Shown in pieces: positions 16,397 through 22,616 of a DNA stretch of 28,988 bases. The notes under the pieces are model-generated. The model did no database searches. It saw only the letters and a list, made by a program, of their open reading frames with translations, and had not been told where the DNA came from. Numbering within the stretch: position 1 is the stretch's first letter; each line of letters starts with the position of its first letter. The translations under genes were made by a program, and so were the position numbers. Source of the DNA: a virus; the IMG/VR virus record IMGVR_UViG_3300037876_000116, positions 156,520 to 185,507 of that record. One strand, 5' to 3'.

Positions 16397-16597
16397 ATGC
16401 AACAAATAGCACAAATAACTGAAATCATTGAAGAAATCCTCAATAACAACGACGTCGAAAACGCTGAAGATATCGCGATGGACTGCGCGGTAACATTAGT
16501 CAAAGCAAGTCTCGACCAACTGGCTACGGTCCTTGGCGCAGAACTAGATGAAAACAATCTAGGTCAAACGACCCTTAACCTGGGAGCACTCTACTAA
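16397..16597 (+). CDS. Small acidic hypothetical protein
   Basis: AAGGAG SD. Confidence 0.65.
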   Translation: MQQIAQITEIIEEILNNNDVENAEDIAMDCAVTLVKASLDQLATVLGAELDENNLGQTTLNLGALY

Positions 16598-16677
16598 TGA
16601 TGATCACACTTTACATTCTAGGCGCTTGTGGCGTCTTGTCTACACTTCTTCTCTATTGTTTCAAAGATCTGACGTAG
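16597..16677 (+). CDS. 26-aa membrane peptide
   Basis: TAATG overlap; MMITLYILGACGVLSTLLLYCFKDLT. Confidence 0.5.
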   Translation: MMITLYILGACGVLSTLLLYCFKDLT

Positions 16678-16689
16678 AAAGGACAAAAA

Positions 16690-16929
16690 ATGCAATCCGG
16701 CGACCGAGTAAAGCTCACAGGAAAGACAAAACACGGCAAAAACCGTGTGCGTGAGCAGGGAGCCGAGTGGATTGTCGTCAAACTCCGGTCGGGTGTTTTA
16801 TTCTCCGAGGACAAGAAAAAAGAATTCGCCTTGTTGAGAAAAGAAGACAACCCCGGCGAACATTGGCGATGGGTTGCCCTAAAAGAAGATAAAAACTTTT
16901 CAGTTGAGGTGATAGATGAAAGTCGGTGA
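16690..16929 (+). CDS. MKVGDLV-like protein
   Basis: MQSGDRVKLTGKTKHGKNRV...VEVIDESR. Confidence 0.75.
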   Translation: MQSGDRVKLTGKTKHGKNRVREQGAEWIVVKLRSGVLFSEDKKKEFALLRKEDNPGEHWRWVALKEDKNFSVEVIDESR

Positions 16930-17074
16930 TTTGGTAAAGTGGACCGCATTGCGAGGCGAAGACTTGATAGGGCTTATCGTTGGATTTGATAAGGAGAACG
17001 ACCCAATGGTCAGGGACTGCAAGTCTGGTGTAATCATAGCCCACTGGCGAGATAGCTTGGAGGTGTTGAGTTGA
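16916..17074 (+). CDS. MKVGDLV-family small protein (52 aa, not in ORF track)
   Basis: MKVGDLVKW..IGLIVG..LEVLS. Confidence 0.75.
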   Translation: MKVGDLVKWTALRGEDLIGLIVGFDKENDPMVRDCKSGVIIAHWRDSLEVLS

Positions 17075-17100
17075 AAGTCGGTGATTTGGTAAATAAACCC

Positions 17101-17128
17101 TTGAAAGCTCAAAATCCGTTCTTATATT
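17101..17128 (+). promoter_or_regulatory. Repeated phage promoter copy 10
   Basis: cccTTGAAA-gctcaaaatccgttct-TATATT. Confidence 0.85.
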
Positions 17129-17160
17129 TAAGACATAAGAGACAAACAAAAGGAAAAAAC

Positions 17161-17397
17161 ATGACTGATACGACTTACAACGGATGGACTAACCGAGAAA
17201 CCTGGAACGTGAACCTTTGGTTATCCAATAGCCAGCCGCGTTACGAGGCGATGCTTCGTATGTTCCCAAAAAAGAACGCAGGCGAAGAAAGCGCCCAGGC
17301 TATGTGTCGCGGCTTTTGGGGTGAAAAAACCCCGGACAACTGCCTTTTAGATAATGTTAACTGGAAAGAGGTCGCGGAAGCGATAAACGAGCAATAA
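17161..17397 (+). CDS. Phage protein with YNGWTNRETW motif (start 17161)
   Basis: AAGGA SD after promoter; YNGWTN.ETW.V.LW..N and VNW.EVA motifs. Confidence 0.75.
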   Translation: MTDTTYNGWTNRETWNVNLWLSNSQPRYEAMLRMFPKKNAGEESAQAMCRGFWGEKTPDNCLLDNVNWKEVAEAINEQ

Positions 17398-17398
17398 A

Positions 17399-17689
17399 AT
17401 GAGGCAATTCACAATAAAAGAAAACTTAGCCTCGACCCAAGAAGCGGATCAACCTAGAAAGAGGGAGTTTATCCCCTCTACAAGCAAGTCAAAGCTAAAC
17501 TCAGGGTATCAGGTGGCTAAGATCGACAAAGACACTCAGGAGGTCAATACTTTGACAGAGCCGGGATATCTAAGAGCTACGAAGAACTCCAAGCGACGCT
17601 TAGAATCAATAGGCATCGAAAACTTGTTCTTGATTCATAGCGAATGGTTCAAGAAGGCGAGAAAGAAAAAAGTTACTTTTACCCCCTAA
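17399..17689 (+). CDS. Hypothetical basic protein
   Basis: ORF directly follows previous stop. Confidence 0.55.
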   Translation: MRQFTIKENLASTQEADQPRKREFIPSTSKSKLNSGYQVAKIDKDTQEVNTLTEPGYLRATKNSKRRLESIGIENLFLIHSEWFKKARKKKVTFTP

Positions 17690-17694
17690 CGAGT

Positions 17695-17838
17695 AAAAAA
17701 GTGTTTCGGTGGTGCCTACTGGCTTAATAGGCAACCTTTCAAGTTCTTAGCCTGCCCGGTAGCTCCGGGGAGTAAGGAAAACGATGAAAGCTAGACCATC
17801 GACTCGGAATGGCTAACCGAGCGCCGGAACACTTTTTT
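17695..17838 (+). ncRNA. Candidate multi-stem ncRNA
   Basis: 17-bp closing stem with two G-U pairs and three internal arms. Confidence 0.65.
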
Positions 17839-17858
17839 ATTTTTTTTCACTTTGCCCC

Positions 17859-17886
17859 TTGAAAAGTCAAAATCCGTTCTTATATT
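17859..17886 (+). promoter_or_regulatory. Repeated phage promoter copy 11
   Basis: gccccTTGAAA-agtcaaaatccgttct-TATATT. Confidence 0.85.
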
Positions 17887-17923
17887 TAAGGGGTAAGAGA
17901 CAAACAAACAAAAGGACACTCTC

Positions 17924-18115
17924 ATGACACGCAAAGACTTCCAACTAATCGCAGACGTTGTTGCTTCCACACTTGCCACGGTAAAGCCCGAAGCACGTCA
18001 ATGCCTCGCGCTTGACTTTGCGGTTGCCCTTGCGGAGACGAACCCCCGCTTTAACTCTAATCTTTTCGTCAAGGCTTGCCTTGTGAATGAATTGAGCGAC
18101 AAAGCCGCCTATTAA
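17924..18115 (+). CDS. Small phage protein (MTRKDFQLIA...NPRFN..LF..AC motif)
   Basis: AAGGA SD after promoter; recognisable small phage-protein motif. Confidence 0.75.
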   Translation: MTRKDFQLIADVVASTLATVKPEARQCLALDFAVALAETNPRFNSNLFVKACLVNELSDKAAY

Positions 18116-18154
18116 GAAAAAGGTCGAAGGACATAAAAAAAATAACTTTAACCC

Positions 18155-18182
18155 TTGAAAAGTCGAAAACGGTTCTTATATT
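18155..18182 (+). promoter_or_regulatory. Repeated phage promoter copy 12
   Basis: cccTTGAAA-agtcgaaaacggttct-TATATT. Confidence 0.85.
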
Positions 18183-18215
18183 TAAGGTATAAGAAACAAG
18201 GTAAAGGAAAAGAAT

Positions 18216-18404
18216 ATGTTTGGTTCAGTAGAAGAGATCGAAGTAGCAGGAAGAGAAGAAGTCATTCAGTACCTGGAAGGTTGGGGATGCGCTTGTTATG
18301 ATAGTGAAAGCACAAGCCTTCTCAAAGCCGCAGCAATAGAAACCTTCGAGACGGAAGAAATGGAGCACGAAGACTTTGATGCTTCTCACATGGAGGATTA
18401 CTAA
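18216..18404 (+). CDS. Small acidic hypothetical protein
   Basis: AAGGA SD after promoter. Confidence 0.7.
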   Translation: MFGSVEEIEVAGREEVIQYLEGWGCACYDSESTSLLKAAAIETFETEEMEHEDFDASHMEDY

Positions 18405-18406
18405 TC

Positions 18407-18550
18407 ATGGGTATTGGCGATGTTCTATTTATTGCTTTCGTTCCCACAACCTTTGCTCTCTTCTTGTCTTGGTTGATAATGAGTGATAGCAAAGTCGAGG
18501 ACATAAAAAAAATGTTTCGTTTTATTACTTTCAAGAAGAGGAGCAACTAA
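18407..18550 (+). CDS. Small membrane protein (47 aa)
   Basis: GGAGG SD; MGIGDVLFIAFVPTTFALFLSWLIM. Confidence 0.6.
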   Translation: MGIGDVLFIAFVPTTFALFLSWLIMSDSKVEDIKKMFRFITFKKRSN

Positions 18551-18551
18551 G

Positions 18552-18683
18552 ATGATGACTGACAAACAATACAGAGATCACGTAAGACGCATAGAGAACG
18601 CTAAAAAGAAAGGCGATCAAAAGAAAGCTAGCGAATTGAGTCAAGAGCTATGGGATACCCTAAGCAAAGAAGAGACTTACTAA
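18552..18683 (+). CDS. Small hypothetical protein (43 aa)
   Basis: GAGGAG SD; MMTDKQYRDHVRRIENAKK. Confidence 0.6.
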   Translation: MMTDKQYRDHVRRIENAKKKGDQKKASELSQELWDTLSKEETY

Positions 18684-18716
18684 ACAGGAAGCCGGGAGGA
18701 CACCGAGCCTCTGGAT

Positions 18717-18745
18717 TAAGCCCTTGATAGGATAAAACCTTGATA
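18717..18745 (-). promoter_or_regulatory. Two tandem IHF consensus sites
   Basis: Minus strand TATCAAGGGCTTA (18717-18729) and TATCAAGGTTTTA (18733-18745), both exact WATCAANNNNTTR. Confidence 0.55.
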
Positions 18746-18779
18746 GGGCTCTTTTAAATAATCGCAGGACATAAAAAAA

Positions 18780-18992
18780 ATGATTGAAGAAACATGCCCA
18801 AGAGAAGAGCTTTTCAATAGCTTGGTTAAGAAGATGAGTAAAGGAAAAACAAACAAAGAACGCAGGCTCTACCGTCGCGTCATTAAAGAAGCAAAAAAAG
18901 ATGGTTCTTATCCTGCTTTAGTCAATGAAGTGTTAGACGAACTTGTGGAAAAAGGACACGCTTGTCCATCCTTTCACTCTACAGCAACCTAA
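18780..18992 (+). CDS. Hypothetical basic protein
   Basis: AGGA SD. Confidence 0.6.
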   Translation: MIEETCPREELFNSLVKKMSKGKTNKERRLYRRVIKEAKKDGSYPALVNEVLDELVEKGHACPSFHSTAT

Positions 18993-19112
18993 TTCCCTTT
19001 TTCTACCCAGGAAGCCCTAAAAGACCTTTAAAGATAAGGTTAAATAAGGGCTCTAGGTAGTGTATGTATAAGAGCCTGTAAAAAGCCTTGTATATCCAAT
19101 ATGATAGAAAGG

Positions 19113-19158
19113 GTGGTAGAATATAGGGGAAAAGTGGTAGAAGGTGGGAATAGGTGGG
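19113..19158 (+). repeat. GTGG-N6 direct repeats (MraZ-box-like)
   Basis: GTGG at 19113, 19134, 19144, 19154 (10-bp period). Confidence 0.55.
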
Positions 19159-19192
19159 TGTATCTGGTCACCACGTGACTTACATTCAACCC

Positions 19193-19220
19193 TTGAATAC
19201 CATTATTTCGTGTTTATAAT
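19193..19220 (+). promoter_or_regulatory. Repeated phage promoter copy 13 (variant)
   Basis: cccTTGAAT-N16-TATAAT. Confidence 0.6.
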
Positions 19221-19321
19221 ATATATGTCGGGGATATAACCCCCTCAACCCCTAAATACCCTCTTTTTAAAAGCGCAATGATTACGCGCACTTAGTTTAA
19301 CTTTCTCTAGGAGCCAATAGA

Positions 19322-19516
19322 ATGTTCATCGTAGGTTTCATGGTCGGCTTTGTAACAGCCATTGCCGGTGCTCATGGTATCGCGCTATGGGTTGAAAGCA
19401 TCCAAGCCAACACCGCCCGCAACGCCGAACGCTTAGAACAATTCCAAACCTTCAAAGCTCAAGCGCCCCCCGCGCCCACCTTCGATGAAAGCGTACCGGC
19501 GACTTGGCAGGACTAA
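19322..19516 (+). CDS. Small membrane-anchored protein
   Basis: AGGAG SD; N-terminal hydrophobic helix. Confidence 0.7.
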   Translation: MFIVGFMVGFVTAIAGAHGIALWVESIQANTARNAERLEQFQTFKAQAPPAPTFDESVPATWQD

Positions 19517-19518
19517 GG

Positions 19519-19558
19519 TGTATACAATTTGAGACATGGTTGTGTCAATCTATACACA
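19519..19558. promoter_or_regulatory. Paired bEBP enhancer-like sites TGT-N12-ACA
   Basis: TGTATACAATTTGAGACA and TGTGTCAATCTATACACA, inverted relative to each other (13/18 match), centres 22 bp apart. Confidence 0.6.
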
Positions 19559-19612
19559 CTCCCCTTCAAGGACTCCTTGAGTTAACGCGCTATTGAGAGC
19601 ATAAATACAGTG

Positions 19613-19625
19613 CAAGCCTTTGATA
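19613..19625 (-). promoter_or_regulatory. IHF site between enhancer and sigma54 promoter
   Basis: TATCAAAGGCTTG = exact WATCAANNNNTTR. Confidence 0.65.
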
Positions 19626-19664
19626 TTATTAAGGAAACAAAATAAATGCCCTAAATGAACCAGT

Positions 19665-19680
19665 TGGCACGGAACCTGCA
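19665..19680 (+). promoter_or_regulatory. Sigma54 -24/-12 promoter
   Basis: TGGCACG-GAAC-CTGCA versus consensus TGGCACG-N4-TTGCW; correct spacing, one mismatch. Confidence 0.75.
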
Positions 19681-19757
19681 ATATATATAGGTATGAATTC
19701 GCACTTACTCAACACTTCAGAAACTCAAAAAAAAGTAAAATAAAACGCTTCTACCCC

Positions 19758-19785
19758 TTGACCGAGCCGAAACGGTTCTTATATT
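19758..19785 (+). promoter_or_regulatory. Repeated phage promoter copy 14, upstream of sigma gene
   Basis: taccccTTGACC-gagccgaaacggttct-TATATT, flanked by a perfect 11-bp inverted repeat (19748-19758/19788-19798). Confidence 0.8.
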
Positions 19786-19821
19786 ATAGGGGTAGAAGAA
19801 AACACTTTCAAAGGACCTAAC

Positions 19822-20610
19822 ATGCTTTTCATGATCGCAACTCAAAACAAGCCAGCCGCCCCTAACGCTCAAATCGCAGCCGTTCAGCGGTTTCAGGCTT
19901 CGGACTTCCAAGACCGCAACGCCCTTCAATTCCTTATCGAGTCCAATATTCGCTCGGTCATTAAGATTGCCAAGGGCTATGTTCGTCGAGGGTGTGAACT
20001 CGAAGACCTTATCGCAGAGGGCACCATTGGTTTAATGGAAGCCGCGCAACGTTGGGAGCCGGAGCACGGTGCTAACTTCAATACTTACGCTTGCAATTGG
20101 GTTCGCGCTCGTGTTCAAGAGTTCGTACAAAAGAATAGTAGCGCGTTCAAGGTTGGCGGTCGTACCGTTCGTACCCTCTTTCAATCGCTAGCCCGTGTCC
20201 TTCGTAAGCATGGAAAGGATGCCGACGTGGAGCTAATCGCCAGCGAGTTAAACCTTAAGGTGGAGCAGGTTAGCGAGGCTCTCCAATACATGAATCGCAA
20301 CGGGCGCAGCCTCGATGCTCCGGTTGGTGTAGAAGGTCGCCCTTTCTACGAGGTAACCGCAGACAATAGCCTTAACCCCGAACAAGCCTTGATGGCTAAG
20401 GAAGAGCAACAGGAAAGCGATGATCTCTTTGTTAGCTTCGGTGCTACCTTGAGCGCACGCGACCGGGTGATCTACTTTGAGCGCATGCTATCGGATGAGC
20501 CTCGCGGACTCGTTGACCTTGGCGACCAGTTTGGTATAAGCGCGGAGCGTGTGCGACAACTTGAGCAGCGAATCTTTAGTAACTTGCAGACAGCAGCACG
20601 TAAGCGCTAA
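19822..20610 (+). CDS. rpoH: RNA polymerase sigma factor, RpoH/sigma32-like
   Basis: SNIRSVIKIA, EDLIAEGTIGLMEAA, FNTYACNWVRA, RpoH-box-like KVGGRTVRTLFQSL, SLDAPV, region 4 LGDQFGISAERVRQLE. Confidence 0.85.
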   Translation: MLFMIATQNKPAAPNAQIAAVQRFQASDFQDRNALQFLIESNIRSVIKIAKGYVRRGCELEDLIAEGTIGLMEAAQRWEPEHGANFNTYACNWVRARVQEFVQKNSSAFKVGGRTVRTLFQSLARVLRKHGKDADVELIASELNLKVEQVSEALQYMNRNGRSLDAPVGVEGRPFYEVTADNSLNPEQALMAKEEQQESDDLFVSFGATLSARDRVIYFERMLSDEPRGLVDLGDQFGISAERVRQLEQRIFSNLQTAARKR

Positions 20611-20695
20611 GGGGGCACACCCCCCCCTCCCCCGGTGGATACCGGGAAGTATCCCTAGTGGATATGGGGGGTGGCGCGGGCAGATACACTCGCGC
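20611..20695. other. GC-rich nested inverted-repeat structure
   Basis: CACCCCCC/GGGGGGTG enclosing CCCGGT/ACCGGG and TATCC/GGATA hairpins, followed by GCGCG/CGCGC. Confidence 0.55.
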
Positions 20696-20726
20696 TCTCA
20701 ACGGAAAAGCCAAATTTGGAGATTTG

Positions 20727-20761
20727 AAGCCCTTTGCTATTTACAGTAGCGAGGGCTTTTT
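20727..20761 (+). terminator. Intrinsic terminator after sigma gene
   Basis: AAGCCCTTTGCTA/TAGCGAGGGCTT stem plus T-run. Confidence 0.65.
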
Positions 20762-20811
20762 AGTATAATCAAGAGGTCAAAAAAACCCGCCAAAAAAAAT
20801 GGAGGCTTAGG

Positions 20812-21144
20812 ATGAGTAAAGAAGATGAATGGGCTGAAGGGGATTACCTGGATTGGCTTGAGGACTCAGAAGAGGAAGAAGCAGAAAAGCAAAAGAGAAT
20901 GAATGAAAGAAACCAGGAAGCTAAAAGAATCAAATGGAAAATCATTGATAGGGATTACGAGTACGAAGTCATTGTTGGTGAAAAGAAGCTAGGAAGCGTG
21001 GTTAGATCTAACGGGAAATGGGTGGTTCAGCCCGAGTTCATATGGAACGAGGATTCCTTTAGCCATAGAGACCTAGCTAAGTCGAGCTATGAGGACTTCA
21101 GAGAAAGCGGTCAGGCGTTGGTAGACTTGTGGTGTTTGTCTTAG
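20812..21144 (+). CDS. Hypothetical acidic protein
   Basis: GGAGG SD. Confidence 0.75.
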   Translation: MSKEDEWAEGDYLDWLEDSEEEEAEKQKRMNERNQEAKRIKWKIIDRDYEYEVIVGEKKLGSVVRSNGKWVVQPEFIWNEDSFSHRDLAKSSYEDFRESGQALVDLWCLS

Positions 21145-21341
21145 GAGCTATAGGGGCTTATTACTTCCAGGTAATCAGGAACACACCATAGATGCCCTAT
21201 ACGCATAAAGTAAACTTCAACCATAAGTTCGTACATGGCAAAAGGAGCATCGTTTTCTTCTAAGGCAATCACAATGCCTATGTCATAGTAATCTGGTAAT
21301 CCAGATATCTTTTTCCAACAAATAAGATCGCCTATACCCAT
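21141..21341 (-). CDS. MKVGDLV-family small protein
   Basis: MGIGDLICW..DIGIVI..VEVYF..LEVISP; CTACTTAT 3 nt upstream. Confidence 0.75.
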   Translation of the reverse strand: MGIGDLICWKKISGLPDYYDIGIVIALEENDAPFAMYELMVEVYFMRIGHLWCVPDYLEVISPYSS

Positions 21342-21357
21342 ATAATAAGTAGATAGG

Positions 21358-21543
21358 TTATAGGGGATTCAGAACCTTAATGTTGATTTGATACATCCAG
21401 ATGCGCGATTGATCTATTAGCCTATAAAGTCTAAATGATGGCATGTATTCACTATGGTTTATTTCTATTATAATAGCTCGTTGTTCAGGGGAGTCTTCTG
21501 GTTCGTTAGGGAGTCCTATGTAAACAAGATCTCCAACCTTCAT
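21358..21543 (-). CDS. MKVGDLV-family small protein (start 21543)
   Basis: MKVGDLVYI..RAIIIEI. Confidence 0.75.
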   Translation of the reverse strand: MKVGDLVYIGLPNEPEDSPEQRAIIIEINHSEYMPSFRLYRLIDQSRIWMYQINIKVLNPL

Positions 21544-21716
21544 GGACGCTTTGTGACAACGGTTAGGGCTAGGGCAGAAAACCAAGCGGCAGTATTATCC
21601 GCTAGAAGGTGTACCTTCAAGTTTAATACTCCATTATCGTATCGATAATCGTCAATCACTTTGATTATCACTCCGAGGCGGTTGTCGACTGTTTTCACTA
21701 GGTCCCCTATTTTCAC
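21540..21716 (-). CDS. MKVGDLV-family small protein (GTG start 21716)
   Basis: MKIGDLVKT..RLGVIIKV. Confidence 0.7.
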   Translation of the reverse strand: MKIGDLVKTVDNRLGVIIKVIDDYRYDNGVLNLKVHLLADNTAAWFSALALTVVTKRP

Positions 21717-22032
21717 CGTTGGTGCTCCCCTCATCATAAGTAGGGATAGCAGGATCATAAGTCTCGCCCCAACAACCAGAACCATCAAGTTTTTCTATGC
21801 GTGTTAAGCCGTGTTCATCGTATATGCGGTTAAAACAACAAGTGCATGGCTTCCAGGTGCGTGGTTTCCAATTCGTTGGGAAAGAAGCGCATGTCTGTGT
21901 GCCTAATTGTTTATTTTCGCATTGACAGATTCTTTCGTTGCCAGGTTCGCATTCATAAACTTTCTGGGGTGGATTGCAAAAAGCTAGCAAAAGGGGCATG
22001 CACAAAGCTATTACAAAAATAGTCTTACTCAT
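21652..22032 (-). CDS. Exported/lipoprotein-like Cys-rich protein
   Basis: Signal peptide then CEPGNERICQCENKQLGTQTC..W..CTCC. Confidence 0.7.
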   Translation of the reverse strand: MSKTIFVIALCMPLLLAFCNPPQKVYECEPGNERICQCENKQLGTQTCASFPTNWKPRTWKPCTCCFNRIYDEHGLTRIEKLDGSGCWGETYDPAIPTYDEGSTNGENRGPSENSRQPPRSDNQSD

Positions 22033-22421
22033 TTATGCCTCTTCTTTTTAAACTTTCTCTTCTTGTGCTTGTTGTAAGGTACACGGTTATAGACCTTTGC
22101 TTTCTTTGTTCGACGGGGCTTGTACCTTCGTGGATAACGCTTTTTATATCGTTTTGGGTGAACAGTCTGATATCGCCAATAAGGATATCGATAGGAAGCT
22201 CGGTAGTGGGAGCGGTAATGTCTTTTTGTTCGATACCTGCTATCACTCCAAACTATAAAAGGCGCGGAAGAATAAGTTGTATACCCACTTACTTCATATT
22301 GTGGGGCATGGTGGTCAACATATTCTATTTGATCAACAGCGACTCTGTGATTGTCTAAAGCACAACCGGAGGAAATCATCGCTGTTCCTCCTAAGAAAAT
22401 GTATAAAACACAATGTAACAT
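22029..22421 (-). CDS. Lipoprotein-like protein with Arg/Lys/Tyr-rich tail (start 22421)
   Basis: AAAGGAG SD; SSGC lipobox-like motif; very basic C-terminus. Confidence 0.65.
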   Translation of the reverse strand: MLHCVLYIFLGGTAMISSGCALDNHRVAVDQIEYVDHHAPQYEVSGYTTYSSAPFIVWSDSRYRTKRHYRSHYRASYRYPYWRYQTVHPKRYKKRYPRRYKPRRTKKAKVYNRVPYNKHKKRKFKKKRHK

Positions 22422-22462
22422 CTTTGCTCCTTTGCTACTAGTTAAAATGTAAGTATACACTT

Positions 22463-22491
22463 ATTATAAGCGCATTCAAGCGGTTTTTCAA
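22463..22491 (-). promoter_or_regulatory. Leftward promoter
   Basis: cTTGAAA-N17-TATAAT on - strand with the gcgctTATA junction seen in copies 1-2. Confidence 0.7.
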
Positions 22492-22616
22492 GCCAAAAGG
22501 TGGAAAGTTATGGATTTAAAGTTAAAATGTCTTAGAGAGCCTTTTACTTGGGGAATATGAGTGAGAATAAAAAATTTTGGATTCGCGGAAATCGCGAACC
22601 ATGAGGAGTTGCTAAA

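Noticed and set aside
8104-17074. Diversity-generating retroelement or integron as source of the paralog array
   Set aside because: No reverse transcriptase, TR/VR pair, integrase or attC-like palindromes in the window.
17071-17160. N-terminal extension of the 17161 gene
   Set aside because: Reads through a promoter and RBS; better explained as an orphan junction.
13200-18182. CRISPR array from recurring CTTGAAA repeats
   Set aside because: Repeats are hundreds of bases apart, separated by genes, internally variable, and have promoter architecture; no cas genes.
19693-19743. 16-aa uORF at the predicted sigma54 TSS
   Set aside because: Too short, no SD, low-complexity A-rich sequence; cannot be supported without ribosome profiling.
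20549-20749. 66-aa ORF over the GC-rich palindrome
   Set aside because: Overlaps the sigma gene end, structured DNA and terminator; no SD.
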